DNA from: a virus
Virus record (IMG/VR): IMGVR_UViG_3300037493_003260
Location: 20,089-84,088 of that record
Direction: 5' to 3' (one strand)
Length of the DNA stretch: 64,000 bases
Positions within the stretch are counted from its first letter, which is position 1. Every line of letters starts with the position of its first letter. This document shows, in pieces, positions 1-12,278 of the stretch. The notes beneath the pieces were generated by a model that did not search any database, was not told where the DNA came from, and saw only the letters and a program-made list of their open reading frames with translations. A program made the translations under genes and the position numbers.

Positions 1-615
<615 letters not shown>

Positions 616-628
616 TTATAGCCCCTTT

Positions 629-1756
629 TTAAACCTGTTTTTTATTAAGCCAATCTAATTCTGTGCGTTCAGGATGAAGTGCATACCAACCAGTAACTTT
701 ATCCATATGTAAATTATGAAGCATGTTAAAGTACTCGTTATACATCAAGGCTATACGCTCTTTTGAATGGTTCTGTTCTGCCCACTCACGGCAATCAGAG
801 GGTTTGATATTGCCAATGTTTTTGGCAGCCCATACGAATTGCTCCAGCGTTCTGCAACGATAGCCCACTTTGCCGTGTGGCACAATTTCAGGGAAAGCCC
901 CAAAGTCTGTAGTAATCACAGGGGTCCCAGACAATAAAGATTCCATCACTGTACTTCCGAAAGGTTCTACATAAAGTGATGGAATAAACGTTGCCTTTGC
1001 TCGACTCATCCATTTGGCCCGTTCCTCAATGCTGATAGCACCAATATGGGTCATGCACGGACTGGTAAACGGGGGTGTCCCCTGGCCAGCAACTACCAGT
1101 TTGGCACCGAGTGCCTCACAAGTTTTAATGGCCACTTCCAATCCTTTTAAAGGAGTAGGCCGAGCGATAAAGAAAAAGAAGTTCTCTTTTTTGTCATTGT
1201 AAATAAAGTCGTTTAAATCATAGTATGCAGGAATCACACAGTCATATATAGAAGGGGCCAAATCTTTGCCCTCGGACCCGTAATTCAAATGCATCCATGC
1301 ATAGCTTTCAAATATTCTGAACGGTGCAAACGAATGTTTGTAGCCAATCCCTAGCTCCGTAACGATAAGTGGCTTTACTCCATCGGCAATCGGCTTATGC
1401 TGAATTCCAAAACTGCACAGCAAAAAGTCCCCAGGCTGTTTTCTTTTATTTATTTCGACGATAGCCCTCCTGACAAATTCTCTATCAGAGGCCGTGTTAT
1501 GGTCAGTTATAAATCCATCTTTTTTCCAGTCATAGCATCCATGCACACTATCAAAGGTTTCGTTACTGAGGACCTCAACGTTCTCCGTACAAACAGGGTC
1601 GGAGCCTTCAGTACCATAATGATATACAGAATGCCCTTGTTCTACAAGTAATTTACAGAGAACTCTGACTTTCTGTGTAAAGGCCTCGCAACTGTATTCT
1701 TTTGTTGTTTTTGCGTGTGAAAGTCCTAATATGTGAAACCTGAATTTCTTTTCCAT
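629..1756 (-). CDS. Glycosyltransferase, GT-B fold (GT4-like)
   Basis: C-terminal motifs ARPTPLKG, PSLYVEPFG..MESLLSGTPVITTDFGAFPEIV. Confidence 0.9.
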   Translation of the reverse strand: MEKKFRFHILGLSHAKTTKEYSCEAFTQKVRVLCKLLVEQGHSVYHYGTEGSDPVCTENVEVLSNETFDSVHGCYDWKKDGFITDHNTASDREFVRRAIVEINKRKQPGDFLLCSFGIQHKPIADGVKPLIVTELGIGYKHSFAPFRIFESYAWMHLNYGSEGKDLAPSIYDCVIPAYYDLNDFIYNDKKENFFFFIARPTPLKGLEVAIKTCEALGAKLVVAGQGTPPFTSPCMTHIGAISIEERAKWMSRAKATFIPSLYVEPFGSTVMESLLSGTPVITTDFGAFPEIVPHGKVGYRCRTLEQFVWAAKNIGNIKPSDCREWAEQNHSKERIALMYNEYFNMLHNLHMDKVTGWYALHPERTELDWLNKKQV

Positions 1757-1780
1757 GCATACCTCCCGAAGGTATTGTGA

Positions 1781-1812
1781 TGGAGCAGGAGAGTTTTAGC
1801 TCTCCTGCTCCA
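1781..1812. terminator. Perfect 13-bp stem hairpin (terminator or RNA stability element)
   Basis: tggagcaggagag-ttttag-ctctcctgctcca between fibre and GT genes; no clear U-tract on the minus strand. Confidence 0.5.
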
Positions 1813-1829
1813 GTAAATCTTTTAGCTAC

Positions 1830-2945
<1,116 letters not shown>

Positions 2946-2978
2946 TTGTTTCTCACTTCCTTTTAAAAGAATTTTGTT

Positions 2979-3227
2979 TTAGCTGCGTTGATATGTCATC
3001 AGCACAATATCAGAGTCGGTTCCCCCCAGAGGGGGATTAGCAAATTGAATTGTACGATTATCTATTTCAGTATAATCTTCTGGGCCAGATAGCTCCAACC
3101 CGTTTAAATAAACTGCAAGAGTTCCTGCTATGAAAGGGTAGGTTGAACGAAATGTGACGTTAATACCGTTGATTATCCCCAAGGCTGGTTCTTTTTGTAA
3201 AACAAGGCCCCCACGTAATACTGCCAT
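2979..3227 (-). CDS. Small virion protein, stand-alone paralog of the fibre C-terminal domain
   Basis: GIINGIN..F...LAVYLNGL....DYT.....I.F...P resembles the C-terminus of 1830..2945. Confidence 0.7.
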   Translation of the reverse strand: MAVLRGGLVLQKEPALGIINGINVTFRSTYPFIAGTLAVYLNGLELSGPEDYTEIDNRTIQFANPPLGGTDSDIVLMTYQRS

Positions 3228-3237
3228 TGTTGACTCC

Positions 3238-4074
3238 TTAGACCCTTATCCGTCGATAGGAAGCCAATGCCATCTTGGCTCCTTCTTGATAAGCTTTAAT
3301 ATGGCCTGCGTATGGCTGGTCTCCGTAGGACCGAGGAATTTGACCCAGTGTCAACGAGGTAGCCCCAGCTCCCATAAATTGTCCTTTGGTAGCCAAAACT
3401 GCTGCAGCTACAAACTGTGCGCAAGCACTCCGAATTTCTTGTGGAAGAGCCACTTGACTGGCATATCCATAATCGTAGGAGATTTCAATATTGCCGTAGC
3501 CTCGAAGCCATGTGTAATTCCAGAACGGAATCCCTTGATTTTCAAGATAAAGGATTCGTGGAGGAATCGACAGAATACCCAATCGACAATTGACAAATAA
3601 ATCAGATGATTCGTATTGTGTAGCACTTGCACTGAAAGTTCCTGTGGGAGTCACTCCAATTAAATCTGCGGGAACAGGTGACCCCGCTGCAAAAGTATAC
3701 GGGGGCAAAGAACTTGGGGTGAGCGGGGATACCCCACCGTATTCGCCCATTTTATTGCCAGTCTGGTCTATGTTATTGATATGAAACCAGCGTTTAAATT
3801 CAAACCACTGCATGGACGGAATGATACGCAAAACACATTTACGCACAAAGGAAATAGGTCGGTGATTCAAAATGAGTTCAACCGCACCAGAACCATCTAG
3901 ATGCTCGGTGACAGTTGTTGAGTCCAGGTTTTCGCCAATGTACGTATCCACTTGGCGTTTAGCCCACGGAATGTAATTTTGCTCAATCATAAGGTCCAGG
4001 GACGGAGGCATGTCACTAACGTCCATACCCGCGAGCCACTGGAATACTTCATTTTTTGTACAGTATTGAAACAT
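3238..4074 (-). CDS. Head-tail adaptor/connector protein
   Basis: Directly downstream of capsid gene; YCT..EV, VDTYIG, DG.G, YDYGY....LP.EIR.AC motifs typical of adaptors. Confidence 0.7.
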   Translation of the reverse strand: MFQYCTKNEVFQWLAGMDVSDMPPSLDLMIEQNYIPWAKRQVDTYIGENLDSTTVTEHLDGSGAVELILNHRPISFVRKCVLRIIPSMQWFEFKRWFHINNIDQTGNKMGEYGGVSPLTPSSLPPYTFAAGSPVPADLIGVTPTGTFSASATQYESSDLFVNCRLGILSIPPRILYLENQGIPFWNYTWLRGYGNIEISYDYGYASQVALPQEIRSACAQFVAAAVLATKGQFMGAGATSLTLGQIPRSYGDQPYAGHIKAYQEGAKMALASYRRIRV

Positions 4075-4127
4075 AGAATTGGGGGTCCTTAAACTTGGGT
4101 CTTTGGGATTATCTTACCTGATATACT

Positions 4128-4157
4128 ATTATAGCACGAATGGTAGGGGTTTGACAA
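4128..4157 (-). promoter_or_regulatory. Sigma70-type promoter
   Basis: TTGTCA-18 bp-TATAAT with TG extension. Confidence 0.7.
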
Positions 4158-4161
4158 CAGT

Positions 4162-4212
4162 AAAAAGTTGACTAGGTGCCCAAAGATTCCTACTTTGGGC
4201 ACCATTGTCAAT
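4162..4212 (-). terminator. Rho-independent terminator after major capsid gene
   Basis: ggtgcccaaag/ctttgggcacc stem, extended by ttgac/gtcaa, followed by a T-run on the minus strand. Confidence 0.75.
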
Positions 4213-4239
4213 TTTTGGACGATTACGATACCACAGCGG

Positions 4240-6426
4240 TTAGGCTGCGATATTGATAATCCTGCCTTGGAACGCTTCGCAGGTCATTTGAAGTACCGAG
4301 AATTCGGCAATCAAAGTCCTGTAAGCAGACTGAAGCAACGCAAGGTCGATAGCTGACAACGGCATGAGGTCAACCATCTGCACTGCGTTACCGTCTTCCA
4401 ACACTGTTTTGTCGTCGATGACGAGGGCAAAAGAATCACCATGAACGTCTTCCACAATATAGCGAGAGCCGATAATATCGACCAAGCCAAACGGGGAAAG
4501 CCATTTGGTAATACTGATACCAGCGGGAATATCCGCCATCGTACCAGCTCCTGCCTGGAACAGCTTGTAATAGCTGGACATCACCAGTTCGGAAATCTTC
4601 TGCAACTCACGATAACCAACAACAACAGCTTGAGGCTTCCCACCCTTGTTCACGATTTTCTTGCAAACTGCAGTTAAATCGGAAAGAGCTAAGGGCTGAT
4701 TAACGCCGCCAACTTTGCAGTCTTGAACGTTCGTCACAATCTGTTTGTTAAGACCATCGAACTGAAGCGGAGAGACCGAAGAATCGCCGTTGATAATGGC
4801 CCATTCTTCAATCAACGCTACGTTCAACATCTTGGTCTTAATTTGGTGCTTCTTAATATCCGTGTACGTCCCGCCAGCCATTTGTTCAAAGAACGAAACG
4901 GTAGCAAGGTCGCCCACACTGACATAAGGAGCCGATTTGTAAACGTAAGACGGCTGAGTAGCAGTCGGAAGCCCACCTTTGGCAAAAAAAGCATCCTCAG
5001 GGGCAGTTCCACCAAGGAACAGATGACCAGCAGACTGTGCGCCTGCGGAAATGGTCGGAATTAGCTGGTACCAAGCATGCACTAATGTTACGCAATCTTT
5101 CGATTGGGATTGCTATTTCTAGCAACCTCTCATAGTTACCTATGAGGTCGGACTATATCATCACTATACTAGTGTTCGGCGTGTAGTCTCTACGGATTCT
5201 ACTAGGTATTCTTAGTAGCCTTTCCTCGGTATTGTCCTTTGCAGGAGGTTCACCGATATAGCCAAATTTTACAAGGCCCATTGTGTTAAGCCTTGCCGTT
5301 CCCTTGAATCCGATTGAGTCGGTTTCGGAGCGGAGTGTCCGTTGGTGCCATAATCGCCCAAATAAGATTTCTCTTATGGGATTGTTACACTGTAAATTAG
5401 CCAGCGGTTAGGGCATTTCTGCCTAACTCTGCATGTCACCATGCAGTTCGGACTATATCTTCAATTTAAGATTCGTCATGCACTAGGTTTGCGAATGTTG
5501 TTAATTTGATTACTATATCCGCTAAGCCTTCTTAAATGTGTGGCGTTGAGTCTCTGAGGGAGTAAGTTGATACATTCATCTAAACGGTCTGATTTTCGTT
5601 TGATTGAAAATCGACACCCAGCTCTAATGAAAGAAGCTACGTTGAACCTGTAGTGGACAACTGGCTTAATACTACCTGCAAAGCCACCCTTACAGATTAA
5701 CGGTTTGGGCCAAACTGAAACTCCAAGGGAAGTTAAAAGCTTGTTGTATTGAGCAAGTAAATCTGTGTCTGTTGAACAATAGCCTATTTGATGTCTATAG
5801 GTATCAAAGTGCTTCTGTTTAGACTTGCTAATATAACCGTCTCCATCTATAAAGCCAGTGATTAACTTATGCTTTACAATTGGAAGTGCTTCCCAGGTTT
5901 CGTCTGGTAAAGATGACCCATTTTTCGTTGCCAGCAGTACCCATCGGCAGAGTTCGTCACACCGTACAAAAACGTTGTAAAGGAGCTTTCTAGTGCCCCG
6001 TTGCTGTTCAGAAATAGTAACCTTTCTGCCCAGTAATTTTTGTAAAGTAATTGCGACGGACTCAGCAAAGTCTTTATCGGTAACAGATAAACAAAATCTA
6101 TAACAGTTATCTTGTGTAAGATTAATGCATCCATCACTGAAATAAACACCTATGAGATATGCTGTGTTTGAGTCAAGTTTAAATTGTATCATTTTACCTT
6201 TCCTGCTGATTGTCTTCTATACTCTATTATACCATATTTTTACACTTTGGTAATGGTATATTTATCAGAAGATGTTCCAGCAAATAGCCACATTATGAGA
6301 CAGCGATTAACCTATCTCAGCTTGGAGGTCCTCACGAACCAACATCAAGCCGTCAACTGGAGTGGAACTAATAGCCTTCTGAATATCTTGAAGTGCTTGT
6401 TCTACGAGTTGAGCATTGTATGACAT
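4240..6426 (-). CDS. Major capsid protein (Twort/SPO1-like), three exons: 6314-6426, 5289-5358, 4240-5079; 340 aa spliced
   Basis: RBS aaggag upstream of ATG 6426. Joined frame MSYNAQ...VREDLQAEM-AIMAPTDTPLRNRLNRIQGNGKA-HAWYQL...; EEWAIINGD and FDGLNK motifs; follows protease/scaffold. Confidence 0.9.
5080..5288 (-). mobile_element. Group I intron 2 in capsid gene (209 nt, ORF-less)
   Basis: 5' exon CAAGGCU pairs with IGS GGCCUUG (terminal U.G); intron ends in G; core elements AGAGACUAC and GAUAUAGUC. Confidence 0.9.
5359..6313 (-). mobile_element. Group I intron 1 in capsid gene (955 nt) carrying a LAGLIDADG endonuclease
   Basis: P1 UGAGAU/GUCUCA; P10 UAAUCGCU/GGCGAUUA; terminal G; core elements UGCUGGAA, AAUCAGCAG, AGAGACUCAAC, AAGAUAUAGUC. 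Confidence 0.9.
5476..6192 (-). CDS. Intron-encoded double-motif LAGLIDADG homing endonuclease
   Basis: YLIGVYFSDG and LITGFIDGDG motifs; TGGTATAAT just upstream (6226-6234). Confidence 0.9.
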   Translation of the reverse strand: MIQFKLDSNTAYLIGVYFSDGCINLTQDNCYRFCLSVTDKDFAESVAITLQKLLGRKVTISEQQRGTRKLLYNVFVRCDELCRWVLLATKNGSSLPDETWEALPIVKHKLITGFIDGDGYISKSKQKHFDTYRHQIGYCSTDTDLLAQYNKLLTSLGVSVWPKPLICKGGFAGSIKPVVHYRFNVASFIRAGCRFSIKRKSDRLDECINLLPQRLNATHLRRLSGYSNQINNIRKPSA

Positions 6427-6464
6427 GTAAATAATCTCCTTTCTTTTAGTATTTTTTGGAGCAC

Positions 6465-7355
6465 TTACAGTGCTTTACCGAATTTTGAGTCCATGCTCTT
6501 ATTCAGAACATCTTCACGAACCTTCTCCTGCTCGGCAGTTAAAGGTTTGCCTGACTGCACCCACTTTAGCACTTCTGCTCGTTGATTCTGGAATTGGGAA
6601 TCATCGTTGTCGGTACTGTCCGCATTCTTCTCGATTATGCGCTTTCTAGGCATCGGCTTTTTCAAAAGCTCTGTTACCGCGTCGAAACGTTTTCTCAACG
6701 TCTCCAATTCATTCGTGACCTTTGTTAAGGATTCTTTTTCTTCCTTAGCATCAGCCAATTTCTTTGCTTCTAATTCAGCAAGTTCTCTTTTCTTCTTTTC
6801 TTCTTCTGTTTCAACGACTTCTTCTTTAGATTCAGCTGCTTCTTTAGCAGGTGTTTCAACAGCTTCCTCTTTTGGGTCTTCCTTCTTGGCCTCAATTGCA
6901 GCAGCCAATTCAGCAGGAATAGCCTTGACAACCTCGGTTGCTTCATGTGTCTTAGCCTCTGGCATCACTTCTGCAACAGCCTTTGGTGCTTCAGGAGCAC
7001 TCGGAGCAACAGCAGCAGCCTCTACGGGATTACTTGTAGCAGGTAGCACTGTTCCTGTTGGTGCTTCAGGCTGAATGCTTCCAACGCTTACTACAGGAGA
7101 TGCAACTACAGCAGATGCCTCAACAGCGGACGGCTTAACTTCTGGCGCATCAGTAATATTACCTGTTGCAGCCCCTGCCATGGCTTTTTCGGTAGAGCTT
7201 TCACCCAGCGCGGGTGTTGCACTTGCGTTCTCTGGAGTTGCTTTAGCCCCTGGAACAGGCCTATAAGCACCTTCAAAAGCTTTTTCAAGAGCTTCGACCT
7301 TCTTCACCAAAGTCTCGATTACTGCACTAAATTTAATCATATCTTCCGTCGTCAT
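6465..7355 (-). CDS. Nested in-frame scaffold protein (internal start)
   Basis: gaggagg RBS at ~7366-7372 upstream of in-frame ATG 7355 (MTTEDMIK). Confidence 0.65.
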   Translation of the reverse strand: MTTEDMIKFSAVIETLVKKVEALEKAFEGAYRPVPGAKATPENASATPALGESSTEKAMAGAATGNITDAPEVKPSAVEASAVVASPVVSVGSIQPEAPTGTVLPATSNPVEAAAVAPSAPEAPKAVAEVMPEAKTHEATEVVKAIPAELAAAIEAKKEDPKEEAVETPAKEAAESKEEVVETEEEKKKRELAELEAKKLADAKEEKESLTKVTNELETLRKRFDAVTELLKKPMPRKRIIEKNADSTDNDDSQFQNQRAEVLKWVQSGKPLTAEQEKVREDVLNKSMDSKFGKAL

Positions 7356-8207
7356 TTCGTTTATTCCTCCTCGGTTTGAAACGTTATGAGTTTGATAAGC
7401 AGTGCCAAGTATAGCTTGCGCCTTCTTGTGAACAGCCTCAACTTCATCTGGAGTTAAGTTATATTTCTCCATTATTGCCAGTGCCGTTACGGCATGGACC
7501 TTATCGGACATAGGAAGCAGACGCTCTTTGATAAGCATGTCGTCTTTCTTGTACTTGCGAATGACCCCATAGCTGGAGTCTGCAAGCTGGTCAAGTTCTT
7601 CCCTGTCCAAAACTTTTCTGGTTAAAGAATCCACTTTATCACGGTGGCTATGAATCTCAGCCATTAGCGGGTCCTCAGCCTCTGTAATAACAAGCCTATT
7701 AGAGTCCTCGACGATTGCCGTTTGAAACGGTACTCCGTCAATGGACTTAACCAACTCAAAAGAGCATCCAGCGTTTGCTGGATTGTCTACAAGGGACAAC
7801 TCATTCAAGCGGTATTTTGTGATACGGGTAACAGTGCGAGAACCGCCTGTTGCCAAGTCCTTTACAATCTGGACATTCTTGTGAACAGTCTGCCCACCAA
7901 TAGAAAATCCAGTCAGTGTTCCATCCTTGACTTTCTGCCAGGTGTCTTCTGCGCCCTTGGAAATGTAAGCTTCGACCCACATCTTTTTGCTGTCATCATC
8001 AGGAATAATTTCCACAGCTTTGCCAACGGCTTTGGGTTCATGCATCTCTCGGATGTTTTTGCCCCAATTGGAAAAAGCTTCCTTACTGCCAGCATAGTCA
8101 ACTATCTCGCCCTGCTTGTCCACAGATTCCGTGGTCGCCCATCCCGCCACAGTGCGCTTTTCCTCGTTTATTTTTGAAATCGGACAGTACAAATTAAAAT
8201 CATTCAT
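6465..8207 (-). CDS. Prohead maturation protease (HK97/S78-type) fused to scaffold
   Basis: RBS gaggagg before ATG 8207; VAGWA, REMH, GFSIGG, ELSLVDNPAN motifs; Ala/Glu/Pro-rich C-terminal half. Confidence 0.9.
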   Translation of the reverse strand: MNDFNLYCPISKINEEKRTVAGWATTESVDKQGEIVDYAGSKEAFSNWGKNIREMHEPKAVGKAVEIIPDDDSKKMWVEAYISKGAEDTWQKVKDGTLTGFSIGGQTVHKNVQIVKDLATGGSRTVTRITKYRLNELSLVDNPANAGCSFELVKSIDGVPFQTAIVEDSNRLVITEAEDPLMAEIHSHRDKVDSLTRKVLDREELDQLADSSYGVIRKYKKDDMLIKERLLPMSDKVHAVTALAIMEKYNLTPDEVEAVHKKAQAILGTAYQTHNVSNRGGINEMTTEDMIKFSAVIETLVKKVEALEKAFEGAYRPVPGAKATPENASATPALGESSTEKAMAGAATGNITDAPEVKPSAVEASAVVASPVVSVGSIQPEAPTGTVLPATSNPVEAAAVAPSAPEAPKAVAEVMPEAKTHEATEVVKAIPAELAAAIEAKKEDPKEEAVETPAKEAAESKEEVVETEEEKKKRELAELEAKKLADAKEEKESLTKVTNELETLRKRFDAVTELLKKPMPRKRIIEKNADSTDNDDSQFQNQRAEVLKWVQSGKPLTAEQEKVREDVLNKSMDSKFGKAL

Positions 8208-8241
8208 GCTAAGTTTCCTCCTCGGAATCTTTGTTTTATTT

Positions 8242-8523
8242 TTATTTACATCTACTGCAAAGCCATTTGCCATTTTGGTAAGTGGCCTTTGAAACTTGTT
8301 GATTGCATTTGTTACAGATGAGTGCTTTTTTCTCACCGATACCTGAGAAACCTGTAAGCCTCTCACCGTTATTCTTCAAATTTTTAAAGGCGTTGAACTT
8401 ACGAGAATCGTCAATTTTACAAGTAAACGCATCCCCGCTTTCGTGTTCAACAACAAATTCGTGAGAACCTGTTCGGGTCATGCTCTTGACTGTATGCCCG
8501 TCGTCTACTTTCTTTTTAGTCAT
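8242..8523 (-). CDS. Hypothetical protein with C-terminal zinc ribbon
   Basis: CNKC...CSRC. Confidence 0.55.
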   Translation of the reverse strand: MTKKKVDDGHTVKSMTRTGSHEFVVEHESGDAFTCKIDDSRKFNAFKNLKNNGERLTGFSGIGEKKALICNKCNQQVSKATYQNGKWLCSRCK

Positions 8524-8535
8524 TATCCGTTTCTC

Positions 8536-9432
8536 CTAGGGTGCTACAATCTGGTCGCCATAGCGTAAATCACAACGACATCTCGAAAGACAATTTTGAT
8601 TTCCGTACTCAGCTAAAAATTCATCTAGCGTAAACCATTTGCCTGAGTTTGCCTCGCAACCGTCGCAAACTTCGCCACCCTTTCCTTCGTCTGGGTGTAT
8701 GCTCCAAATGCCACCTTTAATTACTCTGTGCCCCTCGGAGGGCTTTGCTTCTTTTAGTGCTCCAATTGTTCCTGCCACTGCAGCTCCAACAATGGCTGCT
8801 GCATACATGAGTGCTCGGCTAAGCTTTGGAGTCTTGACACTGTTGTCGATTGCTTCCATGAGTGCATCATGGGTAGGATACTCTTGGTCTAAAACTTCAT
8901 CCAGTCCATCGTTAATGTCATTTCCAAAGCCAGTAAGATACTCAGCGTTATCACTCAACAAGTCTTCGACTTCGGCATCGTTTTCAGGAGTAGTATCCGA
9001 ATCGACCTCTTGCCCACTGATGACCTGCCCCCGCATTTTACCAGTTTCATAAGCGGCATAATACGGTTTCTCGGCTGCGTCAGCCAACGAAACCAGCAAA
9101 CCTGCTACGGCCCCGTGAACTTTGCTTTTTTGTTCATCAGAGGCTTTGTAAGTTTCCTCTTTAGCAATATCTTGCAAGGCTTCTTTGACATCCTTAAAAG
9201 ACCGATTCCAAACCCGTGTAATTTTTCGTTCGTACGCTGCAATGATTTTGTTGAGTTTCCTAGTTACTTTTGGTTCAATAGCATCCCGTTTAAAAATAAG
9301 TTTAGGGTCACCATTAAACTCGACTGCCGAAACTTTAGGGTACGATTCAGGAGACGTAATAAAAGTCACGCTATCATTATAGTGCAATCTGGCTTCCTTA
9401 ATATCCATCGGCTTATCGAATTTAAGAATCAT
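8536..9432 (-). CDS. MuF/SPP1 gp7-like minor head protein
   Basis: C-terminal VCDGC...G.WF...CLSRCRC motif; lies between portal and protease. Confidence 0.65.
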   Translation of the reverse strand: MILKFDKPMDIKEARLHYNDSVTFITSPESYPKVSAVEFNGDPKLIFKRDAIEPKVTRKLNKIIAAYERKITRVWNRSFKDVKEALQDIAKEETYKASDEQKSKVHGAVAGLLVSLADAAEKPYYAAYETGKMRGQVISGQEVDSDTTPENDAEVEDLLSDNAEYLTGFGNDINDGLDEVLDQEYPTHDALMEAIDNSVKTPKLSRALMYAAAIVGAAVAGTIGALKEAKPSEGHRVIKGGIWSIHPDEGKGGEVCDGCEANSGKWFTLDEFLAEYGNQNCLSRCRCDLRYGDQIVAP

Positions 9433-9436
9433 TAAG

Positions 9437-10147
9437 TTACACCTCAATGCTTTGCGTACTACCGTCTAGTTGCAAGCAATTATTTAGTTTTCCTGCAATC
9501 CATGCAGGAGAATTTACAGTTTGTCCGTGTCTCATATTACCAGAACTGTCGCTTACAGCGATTCCTGTAGCTTCATTTAAATGGTACTGTAAGTATGCGG
9601 GTCCAAATAAAGTTTCTGTTCCCGCGCCTGCAGCATATCTTTGAGCTACTTCTGAAGCAGTTAAAACTCTAGGATATATGATTACCTCGTCAATCCGTCC
9701 TGGTAAGTTACCAGCCCCATACGATGTCCCAATACGCAGCTTTTCTGAATTTTGTATTGTGGCAGTCAGATTGTCCCCCACAACTGAGAGAGTTTTTACT
9801 GCGCCATTTACATAACCTTTAATACCACTAGCTAGGCTACTTCCATTGTAAGTAAAAATAATGTGTACCCAGGTATTAAACGCAAATATGCCAGAAGCAG
9901 TACGGCAATTTATAAAATTGTTTGCTCCATTATCGGAACATAGCGATAATCCGATATTACGTCCTGTCCATGTTTGAAGTAGCCACCCACGAAGTAGGGG
10001 GCTAGGTCCCATATGATTAACCAAACCACAAGCTTTCATGGAGGTTTGATAAAACCAACATTCCACGCTAAACGGAACATTGCGCTCAAAGTTCCCTATA
10101 ATTTCTGGGGCCAAACTACTATACGTTTTTATTCCTAAAGCGTGCAT
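9437..10147 (-). CDS. LamG/concanavalin-A-like domain virion protein
   Basis: FSVECWF, WVHIIFTYNGS, YVNG, GRIDEVIIYPRVLTASEV. Confidence 0.85.
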   Translation of the reverse strand: MHALGIKTYSSLAPEIIGNFERNVPFSVECWFYQTSMKACGLVNHMGPSPLLRGWLLQTWTGRNIGLSLCSDNGANNFINCRTASGIFAFNTWVHIIFTYNGSSLASGIKGYVNGAVKTLSVVGDNLTATIQNSEKLRIGTSYGAGNLPGRIDEVIIYPRVLTASEVAQRYAAGAGTETLFGPAYLQYHLNEATGIAVSDSSGNMRHGQTVNSPAWIAGKLNNCLQLDGSTQSIEV

Positions 10148-10174
10148 ATGGGTTTCTCCTTGTATGCATTTTTA

Positions 10175-11752
<1,578 letters not shown>

Positions 11753-11769
11753 TTAATTTAATTCTCCTT

Positions 11770-12000
11770 TTAGTTTACAACTTTTATGGAGGCGGTACCG
11801 TCTCCATTATCCTCGGCTGCAAGGGGAAGGTAGCCTGTGATTTGGCCGCCAGCATCCACAATCGCAATCATCGGGACATAAGTGCTTTTCATATTCTCGT
11901 CATAGGGAATCGCAGGGACTGGCTGTTGCACAGCTGCCATCTGGACATCCTGAGGACGAGTTGTTAATCGTTGAAAAATTTTCTTTAAAAAAGTAAACAT
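11770..12000 (-). CDS. Small protein paralogous to the N-terminal anchor of 10175..11752
   Basis: Shared PYD.N.KS...[15 protein letters not shown]. Confidence 0.7.
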   Translation of the reverse strand: MFTFLKKIFQRLTTRPQDVQMAAVQQPVPAIPYDENMKSTYVPMIAIVDAGGQITGYLPLAAEDNGDGTASIKVVN

Positions 12001-12278
12001 TAAGACTCCTTTTTGTGCTGAGAAAGCCATCGTTTAAGACTAGCCCTTATTTTTAATTTTGTTTCCTTAGTTAATGTTGCACCACCTGGGACTGCTTCTA
12101 AAACTAGCATTTCTGGGTATAGCTGCTGCTTTCTTAAAAGCCTTACCCAACGATGTTTGTAAGTATCAGTTACAACAGTATGGCAATGGGCATAAAGTCT
12201 CTGTTCTAAATTGGCAGTCTGTCCAACGTATCGTACTTCTTTTGTAACTGGATGGCGTAACACATAAATATAAATCAT
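12000..12278 (-). pseudogene. Degenerate GIY-YIG endonuclease (internal deletion)
   Basis: IYVL...RYVGQT...QRLY.H present, but the Glu helix and Asn motif that normally precede GG are missing. Confidence 0.6.

Noticed and set aside
4240-5082. 280-aa ORF as the complete capsid protein
   Set aside because: Its GTG is the intron 3' end and lacks an RBS; two upstream exons restore the expected N-terminus
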